Assembly (NCBI GenBank): GCA_036336885.1
Contig: JAYZFG010000007.1
Span: forward strand, 51,978 to 115,977
DNA length: 64,000 nucleotides
Origin: Pseudomonadota bacterium
GTDB lineage: Bacteria > Pseudomonadota > Alphaproteobacteria > MPNO01 > UBA2964
Direction: 5' to 3'
The position numbers were made by a program, and so were the translations under genes. Positions 19,456-29,185 of this stretch are shown piece by piece. The notes beneath the pieces were generated by a model. The model saw nothing but the letters and a program-made list of their open reading frames with translations. It did not search any database and was not told the origin of the DNA. Within the stretch, counting starts at the first letter, position 1. The number at the start of each line of letters is the position of its first letter.

Positions 19456-19644
19456 GTGCAACCACTTGACCCAGAACAACTTAAATTTGTTGAAATTCTT
19501 GCTAAGCTCATGTTGGAAAATGAGGTGTTCAAAGAAGAGTATTCCGAAAAAGACTTTAATGAAGTAATTGACTGGCTCACCAAGCTTCGTACCCAAATAG
19601 ATATTACAATTGAAGCGCTGCAGGACCAAGGACCCAGTAAATAA
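19456..19644 (+). CDS. Hypothetical small acidic protein (62 aa, GTG start)
   Basis: ORF preceded by AGGAAAGGA 6-8 nt upstream of GTG. It has no recognisable family; predicted helical, glutamate-rich. Confidence 0.3.
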   Translation: MQPLDPEQLKFVEILAKLMLENEVFKEEYSEKDFNEVIDWLTKLRTQIDITIEALQDQGPSK

Positions 19645-19663
19645 AAATTCAGCAGAAGACGGC

Positions 19664-20437
19664 TTACGGAAAAGCTATTCCTCCATTCGCAGTAAATGTC
19701 TGGCCGGTAGTAAACTCCGCATCGTCCGAACACAGAAACAGCATGAACCCGGCGTATTCATCCATCGTTGCGGGGCGCTGAACAGCCTGCTGTTTGGCCA
19801 AATTTTCAAACATCGCTCCTGATACCGATGGTCGTTCCACTTCTGTTTCAACAGCACCAGGCATAAAAAGGTGGGCAGTAATATTCCATTCTCCGAGCTC
19901 TTTTGCCATAGATCGTGTCATACCAATCATTGCCGACTTTGATGTTATATAATGCAAATAATTCGGGCGACCTGTTGGTACCGTGGTTGATGCAATATTG
20001 ATGATGCGACCCCATCGACGTTCCTGCATTGCCGGAACAACCGCACGGGAACAAAAAAATGCCCCATCGATATTGACCCTCATCGCCGATTGCCATTCTT
20101 CTACCGGCAACTCCCAAAAGGGAGCAATTGTAATTTGTGAGAAAACTGCCGCGTTATTAATCAAACAATCGATACGGCCAAAAGCAGACAGCGCGGCTTC
20201 CGCCATTGCACTTGCATCAGCCTCACTAGCGACATTAGTCCTAATGCTAATGGCACGCCCGCCTTTTTGTTCAATCTCTTTAACAACCCGGTGACCATTT
20301 TCCTCATTAATCTCCGCAATTACTGGTATCGCACCTTGTGCCGCAAATTCATGGGCATAGGTACGTCCGAGTGCCTGGCCACCACCCGTTATGATTACAA
20401 CGCGGTCTTTGAGACTTGGATAATGAGCTGTCGGCAC
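19664..20437 (-). CDS. SDR-family short-chain dehydrogenase/reductase
   Basis: 257 aa with the TGGGQALG Rossmann motif, NNAA, and a YxxxK-like catalytic segment. Confidence 0.85.
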   Translation of the reverse strand: MPTAHYPSLKDRVVIITGGGQALGRTYAHEFAAQGAIPVIAEINEENGHRVVKEIEQKGGRAISIRTNVASEADASAMAEAALSAFGRIDCLINNAAVFSQITIAPFWELPVEEWQSAMRVNIDGAFFCSRAVVPAMQERRWGRIINIASTTVPTGRPNYLHYITSKSAMIGMTRSMAKELGEWNITAHLFMPGAVETEVERPSVSGAMFENLAKQQAVQRPATMDEYAGFMLFLCSDDAEFTTGQTFTANGGIAFP

Positions 20438-20470
20438 GATATTTCTCCCTCACCTATTTTCTAAATTTTT

Positions 20471-20905
20471 TTAAAACGTTATTAAAGCTTTCTCTAGGGC
20501 CTCACGAACCAGTTTAGGCAGTGGTTTTGAAGCCTGTTTTTTGGGATCAAAATATACAGAAATGACCTCAGCTGTTGCAATACAGCGTTCTCTATCAAAA
20601 ACACTCTGGGCCAGGACAAAAGAAGAATTACCTATATTAACTACCACAGTTCCTACATCGATGGTGGCGGGATAGGACAAGCTACCATGATACGTCGCCG
20701 TAAATTTTTTAATCGCAAATCCTTTTAGAAGTTTTTCTCCCAAACCAACCATGTAATCATTTCGGAGAGCTATCCGACCATCCTCAAAGTATTGATTAAT
20801 GGCACCATTGTTAACATGGCCATTAGGATCAAGATCACTATATCGAACAATGTCTTTTGTCCATATGCGGTAAATTGACCTGTTTAATAAATCTGAATCT
20901 GACAT
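20471..20905 (-). CDS. Hotdog-fold acyl-CoA thioesterase (4HBT family)
   Basis: 144 aa with YSDLDPNGHVNNGAINQYFEDGR, the typical 4HBT catalytic region. Confidence 0.7.
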   Translation of the reverse strand: MSDSDLLNRSIYRIWTKDIVRYSDLDPNGHVNNGAINQYFEDGRIALRNDYMVGLGEKLLKGFAIKKFTATYHGSLSYPATIDVGTVVVNIGNSSFVLAQSVFDRERCIATAEVISVYFDPKKQASKPLPKLVREALEKALITF

Positions 20906-20910
20906 ACTTC

Positions 20911-21888
20911 TTAAGTAAACCCTTTCTCATAGAGCCGATGAAGTGTTGCACAAATTTCCTCTGACAAAGGACCCATCTCCACAGCTTCACAGGCTTCTTC
21001 CAAGTGAAAGATATCGGACAAACCAATAATTGCCGTCGACACAGCTTGATTGGAGAGTACGAAACGGACTGCCGTCTGCGCTCGGGTCTCCGACCGATCT
21101 CCAATCCTAGAAAATACCGCGTCAGCGTGACTGGCCTCGGTTTGCGCATCAGTATTTTCTGTCAGGATGCTCTCCCGTCCAGTTCGAACTGTTGTCGCTA
21201 AATAACTTGCCGCAAATATCCGAATAGCCATGATCGCCATTTTTTGAGCAACGCAAGCTCTCATGACCCCGGCTCCGTTGTAGCTCTGCCAATTTTGGGG
21301 TTTAACGTCCCAACCTGAAGAGGGGTTAATCAAATTATAGTAGACCTGGGCAGCGTCAAACCGCCCGCTATTAATGACTTCGATGGTTGAAACATTGTTG
21401 CCCAGCGCTGTTAGACCCATAAATCTAATCATTCCCCGATCACGCAATTTTTCCATACTGTCAGCGATACCATCCCGACGTAGTACGTCATCAATAGAAA
21501 TTGTTCGCTCTGAAGCCTCGAGGGTGATTAAGCTATGAATTTGTAATAAATCAATTTCGTCACGCCTTAACCTTGAAAGGCTCTCAGTTACACTTCTCTC
21601 AACCTGACTAATCACACTTTCAGACGACCGAAGATTAATCCTTACCTTGGTAGAGACCAGAGGCTTTTCAGGTATATCAACTAAAATGGCACCGAGTGCT
21701 TTTTCGGATTTTCCATCACCGTATTGGGGGGCGGTGTCAAACCAGTTAACTCCAAGGTCAATTGCTCGCCGGACCGCGTCGTATCGTATATTTTCATCGG
21801 CATCGATCAAAATGCCACCTGAACGCCCTCCCCCAAATGCAACCTCGGAGACTTCCAATCCAGTTTGACCAAAACGACGCAGTTTCAT
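20911..21888 (-). CDS. Aldo/keto reductase
   Basis: 325 aa: MKLRRFGQTGLEVSEVAFGGG..., GVNWFDTAPQYG, and an IIGLS C-terminal motif. Confidence 0.85.
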   Translation of the reverse strand: MKLRRFGQTGLEVSEVAFGGGRSGGILIDADENIRYDAVRRAIDLGVNWFDTAPQYGDGKSEKALGAILVDIPEKPLVSTKVRINLRSSESVISQVERSVTESLSRLRRDEIDLLQIHSLITLEASERTISIDDVLRRDGIADSMEKLRDRGMIRFMGLTALGNNVSTIEVINSGRFDAAQVYYNLINPSSGWDVKPQNWQSYNGAGVMRACVAQKMAIMAIRIFAASYLATTVRTGRESILTENTDAQTEASHADAVFSRIGDRSETRAQTAVRFVLSNQAVSTAIIGLSDIFHLEEACEAVEMGPLSEEICATLHRLYEKGFT

Positions 21889-21962
21889 TATTGGTGACGC
21901 TCCTGTAAATTTTGTACTTCATTGCCTGAGATAGAGCTTTAAAACAACTGTTAGGAATAATT

Positions 21963-22388
21963 ATGCCAGACACAACCCCAACACTTAAATTAACCTCCGA
22001 AGGTGCGATGAAAATTCTTCAGGCCGCCATAAAAAAGGCGAATGAGATGAATGTTCCCCAGTGTATTTCTGTTGTTGATTCAGGGGGGCATTTGTTGGCT
22101 TTTTTCCGAATGGATGGAGCGTTCGTGATGTCTAACACCTCATCACGCCGCAAGGCTGAAACCGCGGCAGCCTATGGTATTCCCACCGGTGATATTCCCG
22201 AAGGAATAGATATAAAATTAGCGATTGTCACAAATGGTGAACGCGTTAATTTACCCGGCGGTTTACCCTTGATTATCGAGGGACAAGTGGTAGGAGCCAT
22301 CGGTGTCGGCTCAGGCACGGGTCAACAGGATTTGGAAGTCGCCAAAGTTGGGGTATCAGCTTTAGACGGAGCGCAAAACTTCGATTGA
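21963..22388 (+). CDS. GlcG/HbpS-like heme-binding protein (DUF336)
   Basis: 141 aa with ISVVDSGGHLLAF and VVGAIGVGSGTGQQD. Confidence 0.7.
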   Translation: MPDTTPTLKLTSEGAMKILQAAIKKANEMNVPQCISVVDSGGHLLAFFRMDGAFVMSNTSSRRKAETAAAYGIPTGDIPEGIDIKLAIVTNGERVNLPGGLPLIIEGQVVGAIGVGSGTGQQDLEVAKVGVSALDGAQNFD

Positions 22389-22390
22389 GA

Positions 22391-23404
22391 TCAGGCCTCC
22401 AATAAATTTGGCGCAACTTCATCGACAAAAAGACCAACAGAAGTTTGGGACTCATCCAACGACATGTCGCCAAAAACAAATTGCCCTACCAGGTAATTGG
22501 CACCCGAAATGGTTAACTCTCGCTCCAGAACTTCCGCGACCGTTTCAGGTGAACCGGCTACTGCACGACCCTCCGCGGCTATTGAATCAAATTCAGCGGG
22601 TCGTTGATGACGTGGTTTGGTCGTACCACGATAATCAAATAAATAATTAAAGCTTCGATGCCAGACCGGATAGCTGCGACGCGCTACATCCAATGCCTGT
22701 TGATCGGTTTCACCAACAACGATAAATCGTCCTATCCCTATCTTGGGTTCTTCTATATTAACGTGACGACTACCTTTCCTGGCAGACTTGTAAGCGGTAA
22801 CCATTTCACCTGTCTCCGCAGCGGAATCCAGACTAATAACATTAAGGCCTTCTGCCCCCGCGCGTGCAGCGCTATCCAAGGCGTGAATACCATACCAAAT
22901 TGGGGGATGCGGGACCTGCCTGGGTTCCAATGCCACAGGCACATCTTTGAACTTAAAAAATTTTCCTTGGTAATCAACATGACCACTTTTTAATGCCATC
23001 AAAATTATTTCCAGAGATTCCAGGTAAATTTCTTGTGAGTCTTTGGGATCTCGACCAAAAATATCAATCTCGATTGGAGAGGCTCCCCTGCCAAATCCTA
23101 GATCCAGACGACCTCCACTCATTTGGTCAAGCATACAAATCTCTTCTGCAAGCCTCAGTGGATGATATAGCGGCAAAGCGTAAACCATCGGACCAAACCG
23201 CAGATTTTCAGTGCGTTGTGCCACAGCCGCAAGAAAAACACTGGGCGACGGCGCCATCCCAAGCGGTGTCCCGTGATGTTCCGCTAGGTGATAACCATAA
23301 AACCCTGCCCGATCGTACATTTCTATAATACGCAGTCGCATCTCATAATAAGCGTCAAGCGGCATATCACCGCGATCGAGATGGTCAAAAACACCAAATT
23401 GCAT
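22391..23404 (-). CDS. LLM-class (luciferase-like) flavin-dependent monooxygenase/oxidoreductase
   Basis: 337 aa: MQFGVFDHLD..., GRLDLGFGRGASP and YHLAEHH. Confidence 0.8.
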   Translation of the reverse strand: MQFGVFDHLDRGDMPLDAYYEMRLRIIEMYDRAGFYGYHLAEHHGTPLGMAPSPSVFLAAVAQRTENLRFGPMVYALPLYHPLRLAEEICMLDQMSGGRLDLGFGRGASPIEIDIFGRDPKDSQEIYLESLEIILMALKSGHVDYQGKFFKFKDVPVALEPRQVPHPPIWYGIHALDSAARAGAEGLNVISLDSAAETGEMVTAYKSARKGSRHVNIEEPKIGIGRFIVVGETDQQALDVARRSYPVWHRSFNYLFDYRGTTKPRHQRPAEFDSIAAEGRAVAGSPETVAEVLERELTISGANYLVGQFVFGDMSLDESQTSVGLFVDEVAPNLLEA

Positions 23405-23536
23405 TAATTACTCCTCAACATATTTATTAATACTGATGTTAAACCCAGGGGCTCGCGGTCCCCAACTACAAAATGTTCTAAATTATGAGTGCCTCTTGTA
23501 TAACATTACCATCCCGCACGATTTTACCTAAATTAA

Positions 23537-24376
23537 ATGGGAAACGTTGATATGTTGAATAGCAAATATGAATTAATTGCCGGCCATCAAATACATTACT
23601 GGGAGGGAGGCAGTGGGTATCCAGTCCTCATGTTACACGGTGTAGGAGCCGGTACATCTAGTTTAGGGAATTATGGGCCGGTACTCGAGGCACTTTCGGA
23701 GCGATGCCATATCTATGCTCCTGACTTAATTGGCTTTGGAGAGTCAGAACGGAAAAGGACACGGCCATATTTTGATTTTGAAATATGGGTGCTACAAGCT
23801 ACTGAAATAATTGATAAATTCATGCCTTCTGGAGAATGTGGACTAATAGGTCATTCTCTTGGCGGGGCTTTAGCTCTTAAAACAGCAAGCTATAATCCAA
23901 AAATTACCCGGGTTTTAACATCAAGTACCATTGGTTCAGCCTACAAGTTTAATGATTCTCTTGATAAAATTTGGACCTTCCCAAAATCTAAAGACGATTT
24001 ACGCACTAGTATGGCCTATATGGTCAGCAACCCCGCCGCACTCACCGAAGAAATGCTGGACAGGCGCTGGAACCTCCTCCAGGCAGACGGTTATGCAGAT
24101 TATTTCGAAGATATGTTTGCGCCACCCCGCCAAAGATTTATTGACCAAGCGGTATTAACAGAAACCGAGTTGGCGGCAATAAAAGCTAAAACTGTAATGT
24201 TGCATGGCCGTGATGACCGCCCATGCCCTCCCGACCTAACCACGATGGTCATTGCTTCTTCCCTTAATGATGTTGACGTCCATTTACTTGGAAACTGTGG
24301 TCATAACTTGCCAAGCGAGCGAACAGATGACTATCTGGCTATCGCGCTCGACTTATTTTCCAGGGGAGGCCCCTAA
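23537..24376 (+). CDS. Alpha/beta-fold hydrolase, meta-cleavage-product (C-C bond) hydrolase-like
   Basis: 279 aa with HGVGAG, nucleophile elbow GHSLGG and a C-terminal HGRDD...GHN triad arrangement. Confidence 0.75.
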   Translation: MGNVDMLNSKYELIAGHQIHYWEGGSGYPVLMLHGVGAGTSSLGNYGPVLEALSERCHIYAPDLIGFGESERKRTRPYFDFEIWVLQATEIIDKFMPSGECGLIGHSLGGALALKTASYNPKITRVLTSSTIGSAYKFNDSLDKIWTFPKSKDDLRTSMAYMVSNPAALTEEMLDRRWNLLQADGYADYFEDMFAPPRQRFIDQAVLTETELAAIKAKTVMLHGRDDRPCPPDLTTMVIASSLNDVDVHLLGNCGHNLPSERTDDYLAIALDLFSRGGP

Positions 24377-24401
24377 TGAGGTTTATCAAAGGAAAAATAT
24401 A

Positions 24402-25022
24402 ATGATCAGACTATATGCTGCTCCTACTACTAACGGTATCCGGGCAAAAATTACGCTCGAAGAATGCGGCCTCAGTTATAAACTTGTTCCCGTCGATATG
24501 AAGGCTAAGGAACACAAAACGACCGACTTTCTCTCTATGAATCCAATGGGAATGACACCGGTGATAGTGGATGAGCAGGGTCCCGGAGGCGTTAAAATCA
24601 CGATTCCGCAATCAATCGGGATTATGTTCTATTTGGCAGAAAAGGTAGGGAAATTTATTCCAAAGGACCCCATAAATCGTGCCGCTTTCTGGAACCCGAT
24701 GATGAACGCCACAACTGATATTGGTCCTACTTATGGTGCTATTTCGTTCATTGGGCGTATGGAGGAGCCACATGATCCGACCCGAGAGAAATTTATAGAC
24801 AGGCTGAAAGAAAATTATAATGTCTGGGACAACTTCCTGCACAAACATGCATACTGTGTGGGCGACAAAATAACTATTTGTGATTTTGCCCTTTTCGGTA
24901 TCCATGCGCGTACAAAGATTTTGCTCCCACAAGTTTTAGAGGGTCTCGAAAACCTCGAACGCTGGGCCAATCTTTTAAATCAACGTCCCGGCATTCAGAA
25001 AGGACAGAATTTTGATGGCTGA
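24402..25022 (+). CDS. Glutathione S-transferase
   Basis: MIRLYAAPTTNGIRAKITLEECGL...MNPMGMTPVIVDE, a GST N-terminal thioredoxin-like domain. The start is at ATG 24402, after the upstream stop; the longer track ORF overlaps the hydrolase. Confidence 0.8.
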   Translation: MIRLYAAPTTNGIRAKITLEECGLSYKLVPVDMKAKEHKTTDFLSMNPMGMTPVIVDEQGPGGVKITIPQSIGIMFYLAEKVGKFIPKDPINRAAFWNPMMNATTDIGPTYGAISFIGRMEEPHDPTREKFIDRLKENYNVWDNFLHKHAYCVGDKITICDFALFGIHARTKILLPQVLEGLENLERWANLLNQRPGIQKGQNFDG

Positions 25023-25437
25023 ATGGATGGAAACCCACCGCGCCGTAGTGCACCCATGGCACTGTGATGTCCTTGGACATATGAATGTCCGATGGTATGC
25101 ACATTTATTCGATGATGCAGAGTTTCACCTGTGGTCCAGTATTGGATTGAGTCACGCCACGTTAAAAAAAACCGGTGTTGTAACAGTCATTGCCAATACC
25201 AATACGGACTTTTTACACGAAGCTTCAGCAGGAGAACTCTTAACCATCGAAAGTGCTTTTACTAAACTTGGCACCAAGAGCCTTGTAATAAGTCAACGTA
25301 TGACTAACTCTGAGAATTCTAACTTGATAGCTAGGCAAGAGGCTGTATGTGTCTTCTTCAACATGCAGAACCGCCAAGCCGCTCCAATGCCAGACGACAT
25401 TCGCTCAAAGCTCGAAACTGTTTTAATCGATAGCTAA
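25015..25437 (+). CDS. Hotdog-fold thioesterase (4HBT-like)
   Basis: ~140 aa with HPWHCDVLGHMNVRWYAHLFDDAEF. The start is at ATG 25015 or 25027. Confidence 0.6.
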   Translation: MAEWMETHRAVVHPWHCDVLGHMNVRWYAHLFDDAEFHLWSSIGLSHATLKKTGVVTVIANTNTDFLHEASAGELLTIESAFTKLGTKSLVISQRMTNSENSNLIARQEAVCVFFNMQNRQAAPMPDDIRSKLETVLIDS

Positions 25438-25553
25438 AAGATAATAAGAAAAGATAGGATTGAGAGATTGAAACAGCACCCTATAGGTAGTTGGGTCATC
25501 TTTAAGCGGCCATCTACCCGGTTAAGTAATGGAATAGTGATACAGGTAAGCAA

Positions 25554-26342
25554 CTAACCTTTATCACTGGAACTCTCTCCAAGAATTTCCTTCGCCTTGA
25601 AATAAGTTAGAACCGGATACATCGCTGAAAACATCGCCAAGGCTAACCCTATGTAACCTTCCCGATAGCCCCGTTTAAAAAAATAAGACTGCAAAAATCG
25701 ACTAAAAAACCTCCTAAACGTCCCTAATCCTTTAGGTACCGAGCCTGCTGCAACAGCATCTAAAGCGGCGGCAGAACTGTAACGGTTCAATCGCTCGTAC
25801 ATCGATGTGAGGTTTTGATCAATGAAATGATTGATCCCAGCCGCCATTTCACCCCGTTTTCCAATCAGAGAAATTTTCGGATGTACAGTGCCACTATGCC
25901 ATATTTTCATGCCCTTTCGAAATAATGCGGCTTTGCCTCCAACCCCGTTATAGGCTCCCCAACCGTATTGTACATATTTTCCCCCTACAAAATTCCTGAA
26001 TGGGATTATGAAATAATCCATTTGAGTTTTAGGAAGTGTATTAGTTATTTCTGCGACTAGTTCATCGGTCAAATTCTCATCCGCATCAAGCTCTAAAATC
26101 CAATCCCCAGCACATGCCTCAATCCCTGTATTCCGACGGTCACCCTCATCCGGCCAGGCACCCTTGATGAGCTTAACGCCGAATTTTTCAGCAACCATCG
26201 CCGTCTGATCTGTCGACCGATCCAGTATCACTACTATCTCATCAGCAAACCTGCCGCTCTTTATACAATCTGCGATTTGATGTTCTTCATTGTGGGCAAC
26301 AATCAGCACAGAAAGATTAACTCCGGGCACCAGAAACTCCAA
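25554..26342 (-). CDS. Family 2 glycosyltransferase
   Basis: 262 aa with VLIVAHNEEHQIADCI (DxD-type GT-A fold) and LELDADE. Confidence 0.7.
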   Translation of the reverse strand: MEFLVPGVNLSVLIVAHNEEHQIADCIKSGRFADEIVVILDRSTDQTAMVAEKFGVKLIKGAWPDEGDRRNTGIEACAGDWILELDADENLTDELVAEITNTLPKTQMDYFIIPFRNFVGGKYVQYGWGAYNGVGGKAALFRKGMKIWHSGTVHPKISLIGKRGEMAAGINHFIDQNLTSMYERLNRYSSAAALDAVAAGSVPKGLGTFRRFFSRFLQSYFFKRGYREGYIGLALAMFSAMYPVLTYFKAKEILGESSSDKG

Positions 26343-26535
26343 AAATTAACTTATCCATAATTTGGTTCATTATCTCAGATTAAAACTCGATGTGTGAAAT
26401 TTTTTATTTTGTTGTTATTAAAGCCTCTCAAATACTTAAGATCGAACGCTAAAGGGGGTAGTGTGTATAAAATAGGTTATGTATGTTCACATAATAAGTT
26501 TTTAGCGCAACACACAACTTTCAGGAGTTGCCACT

Positions 26536-27222
26536 GTGAAGGCAAAAAGAAATCTCGCACAACGCCTTCTTGATAGGTATTTTTATAAAAATTATGCCCG
26601 TAATCTTCTTTATGAATTACAATTGAGGGCACGCTCGGAATCTGCCGATTTTGTCCAAAAGGAGATGCCAGAAGCGCAAATATTTCGGGCCCATCGGGAC
26701 ATTATCCGTTTTGCAGTTAAAAACGCTCCGGAGGACGGCCTCTTTCTAGAATTTGGAGTAGCAACGGGTAACACTTTGGCCGAGATAGCGTCTACAGTAC
26801 CTAATGGCAAAACAGTATTTGGGTTCGACAGTTTCGATGGCTTGCCGGAAGACTGGTCTGGACACGTTGAGACGGGTGGAGCGTTCAGGCAAACGAAACT
26901 ACCTACTGTGCCGGCGAATGTTAAATTAATACCGGGTCTCTTCAACAAAACATTACCTATTTTTACATTAGAAAACCGTGAACCAATCAGCTTTGTCCAT
27001 ATCGATTGCGATCTTTATAGCTCGACCGCAACAATTCTAAAAAATATTGGGTCACGATTTCGATCAGGAACGATGATCCTTTTTGACGAGTACTTTAATT
27101 ATCCCGGTTGGAAGCTGCATGAGCACAAAGCTTGGGTAGAGTTCTACCGAAATTCTGGAACCAAATTTAAGTATATTGGATTCACGGCATCAGATGGGCG
27201 CGTCCTGGTTAGAGTCGGCTGA
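26536..27222 (+). CDS. Class I SAM-dependent methyltransferase, TylF/MycF (macrocin O-methyltransferase)-like
   Basis: 228 aa with LEFGVATGNT (SAM motif I) and IDCDLYSST, typical of PF05711. It is divergent from the GT2 gene. Confidence 0.55.
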   Translation: MKAKRNLAQRLLDRYFYKNYARNLLYELQLRARSESADFVQKEMPEAQIFRAHRDIIRFAVKNAPEDGLFLEFGVATGNTLAEIASTVPNGKTVFGFDSFDGLPEDWSGHVETGGAFRQTKLPTVPANVKLIPGLFNKTLPIFTLENREPISFVHIDCDLYSSTATILKNIGSRFRSGTMILFDEYFNYPGWKLHEHKAWVEFYRNSGTKFKYIGFTASDGRVLVRVG

Positions 27223-27234
27223 ATGACCGATGAA

Positions 27235-27321
27235 TGGTGCCCCCCGCCAGAATCGAACTGGCACTCCCTTGCGAGAACTAGATTTTGAGTCTAGCGCGTC
27301 TACCAATTCCGCCAGAGGGGC
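27235..27321 (-). tRNA. tRNA-Leu (anticodon CAA), class II with a long variable arm and encoded CCA
   Basis: Reverse complement reads GCCCCTC-TG-GCGGAATTGGTAGACGCG-CTAGA-CTCAAAA-TCTAG-TTCTCGCAAGGGAGT-GCCAGTTCGATTCTGGC-GGGGGGC-A-CCA. The acceptor stem is 7 bp with one G-U pair, the anticodon loop is CTCAAAA and the T-loop is TTCGATT. Confidence 0.9.
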
Positions 27322-27470
27322 ATTTTTCAACCGTAGGCGCAAAATGCCTAACTTTGAGACCGTTAGTCAAGCGCAGTCATTTATGAGTAAATGATTTGAT
27401 CGGCTTGCGCCAATCCTGTTTAGTCGTTAGACCGACCTTAATTTGGTGACAAATTCTCATCTATTGGAAG

Positions 27471-28058
27471 GTGAAATTGTTAAAACGGTCCTACAATTGG
27501 GTAATGTCATTTTCAGGTCGCCCCAGTGCTGTCTGGGCATTGGCCTTTGTTTCTTTTATCGAGAGTTCTATTTTTCCGATCCCCCCGGACGTTTTATTGA
27601 TACCGATGGTTCTCGCCGCGCGTTCTCGTTGGTTAGCCATTGCCATGATTTGCACGATTGCCTCAGTTTTAGGAGGGTTAGCAGGCTATGCCATTGGATA
27701 TTTTTTATACGATGTTATTGGCCGGACACTATTGGAGTTTTATGGCTACTCTGCACAATTTATGAGTTTTCAGCAGCGTTATAATGACCTCGGTGCTTGG
27801 ATCGTTTTTGTAGCTGGCACCACACCGTTTCCATATAAGGTAGTTACTATTGCCAGCGGTGTCACACGCCTAGACCTTACAACGTTTACAATAGCCTCAA
27901 CGCTGGCTCGGGGCCTCCGGTTTTTTATCATTGCGGCATTGTTATTTTGGCTTGGACCGCCAATCAGACACTTTATCGAAAAACGATTAGGTCTGATGTT
28001 AGGGGTATTCGTTATTCTTTTGATTTCTGGCTTCGTCATATTAAAGTATCTCGTTTAA
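27471..28058 (+). CDS. DedA/YqaA-family (SNARE-associated domain) inner membrane protein
   Basis: Membrane protein with FIESSIFPIPPDVLLIPM. The start is GTG 27471 or ATG 27504. Confidence 0.65.
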   Translation: MKLLKRSYNWVMSFSGRPSAVWALAFVSFIESSIFPIPPDVLLIPMVLAARSRWLAIAMICTIASVLGGLAGYAIGYFLYDVIGRTLLEFYGYSAQFMSFQQRYNDLGAWIVFVAGTTPFPYKVVTIASGVTRLDLTTFTIASTLARGLRFFIIAALLFWLGPPIRHFIEKRLGLMLGVFVILLISGFVILKYLV

Positions 28059-28106
28059 TGAATACTTTAGCTGTACGTTTTACTCTATGGACCCCATTTT
28101 TTGATT

Positions 28107-28619
28107 ATGATGAAGTTACTCAGATCAGTATTACTCAACCGCCATAAAGTGATAATAATTACAGCGATCACCTCTGCCAGTTTACTCCTAGCCGTGTTTA
28201 TCTTGCAGTATCTCGTTGGTATAGAACCATGCAGCCTTTGTATAACGCAACGTTGGCCCCATGCCTTGGTATTAATGTTGAGTTTGTGCGCCCTACTGCC
28301 CATAATGGCTAAGTTTAGACGTCCCATTTTAGCGTTAATTGGCCTAGCATTTGCGACAACTGCGAGTATTGGCGCCTATCATCTCAGTATTGAGTTTGGA
28401 TGGGTCGCAGGACCCGCTACATGTTCAGGTAATATCACTGGTGACACTGTTGAAGAACTTCGCCGCCAACTTATGGCGAAGCCTTTTGCAAAGTGTAGTG
28501 ATATAGCGTGGTCCTTATTTGGGGTTTCCCTTGCCGGGTACAATTTTATGATATCGACTTTTCTCACAATAGTTTGCGGAACATCGGTAATCTTAAATTT
28601 CAAAAGGGCCAAGAAGTGA
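28107..28619 (+). CDS. dsbB: Disulfide bond formation protein B (DsbB)
   Basis: ~170 aa, four TM segments, a first periplasmic CxxC (EPCSLCITQRW) and a second Cys pair (GPATCSGN...AKCSD). Confidence 0.7.
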   Translation: MMKLLRSVLLNRHKVIIITAITSASLLLAVFILQYLVGIEPCSLCITQRWPHALVLMLSLCALLPIMAKFRRPILALIGLAFATTASIGAYHLSIEFGWVAGPATCSGNITGDTVEELRRQLMAKPFAKCSDIAWSLFGVSLAGYNFMISTFLTIVCGTSVILNFKRAKK

Positions 28620-28657
28620 CTGTTAAAAAGTCAAAAAAAATCACCGGGGCAGGAAGA

Positions 28658-29185
28658 ATGCATGGGGATCCAACACGTGAAGAGATGGTGCATTCCATGA
28701 TTAGGGTGAATCACGCTGGAGAACACGGTGCCGTCAGAATTTATCAAGGCCAATTAGCAGTTCTAACAGGCTCCAAAGCGGAACAGCCCATACGCGAGAT
28801 GATGGAACAAGAACAACACCACCTGGATACATTCGATGAAATGATTGCAGACCGGCGTGTCCGCCCGACCGCTCTTGCTCCTCTATGGCATGCTGCGGGA
28901 TTTGCGCTTGGAGCTGGTACTGCTTTACTAGGAAAGAACGCAGCCATGGCCTGTACACAAGCTGTTGAAGAGGTGATAGACGAACATTACGAAAAACAAG
29001 GAAAACAACTTGGAGATGACGAAAAGGAATTGCGCGAAACGGTAAACGAATTTCGTGCTGATGAGTTGGCTCATAGGGACAAAGCTGTTGAAGAAGGCGC
29101 AGAGAATATGCAAGGTCATAAAATCCTGTCGGGCGCCGTAAAAACAGGTGCGCGATTGGCCATTTGGCTCTCAAAGCGAATTTAG
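28658..29185 (+). CDS. coq7: Demethoxyubiquinone hydroxylase Coq7 (ferritin-like di-iron carboxylate protein)
   Basis: MHGDPTREEMVHSMIRVNHAGEHGAVRIYQGQ...EQEQHHLDTF...ELAHRD shows the two ExxH di-iron motifs. Confidence 0.8.
   Translation: MHGDPTREEMVHSMIRVNHAGEHGAVRIYQGQLAVLTGSKAEQPIREMMEQEQHHLDTFDEMIADRRVRPTALAPLWHAAGFALGAGTALLGKNAAMACTQAVEEVIDEHYEKQGKQLGDDEKELRETVNEFRADELAHRDKAVEEGAENMQGHKILSGAVKTGARLAIWLSKRI

Noticed and set aside
24252-24401. Long N-terminal extension of the GST ORF overlapping the hydrolase gene
   Set aside because: The extension is in a different frame from the hydrolase and overlaps its last 125 bp. The GST-fold sequence begins at MIRLYAAP (ATG 24402), which has an upstream AAAGGAAAA RBS.
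27222-27471. Genomic-island attachment site at tRNA-Leu
   Set aside because: No direct repeat of the tRNA 3' end and no integrase were found in the window. This is kept only as a weak boundary hypothesis in the findings.
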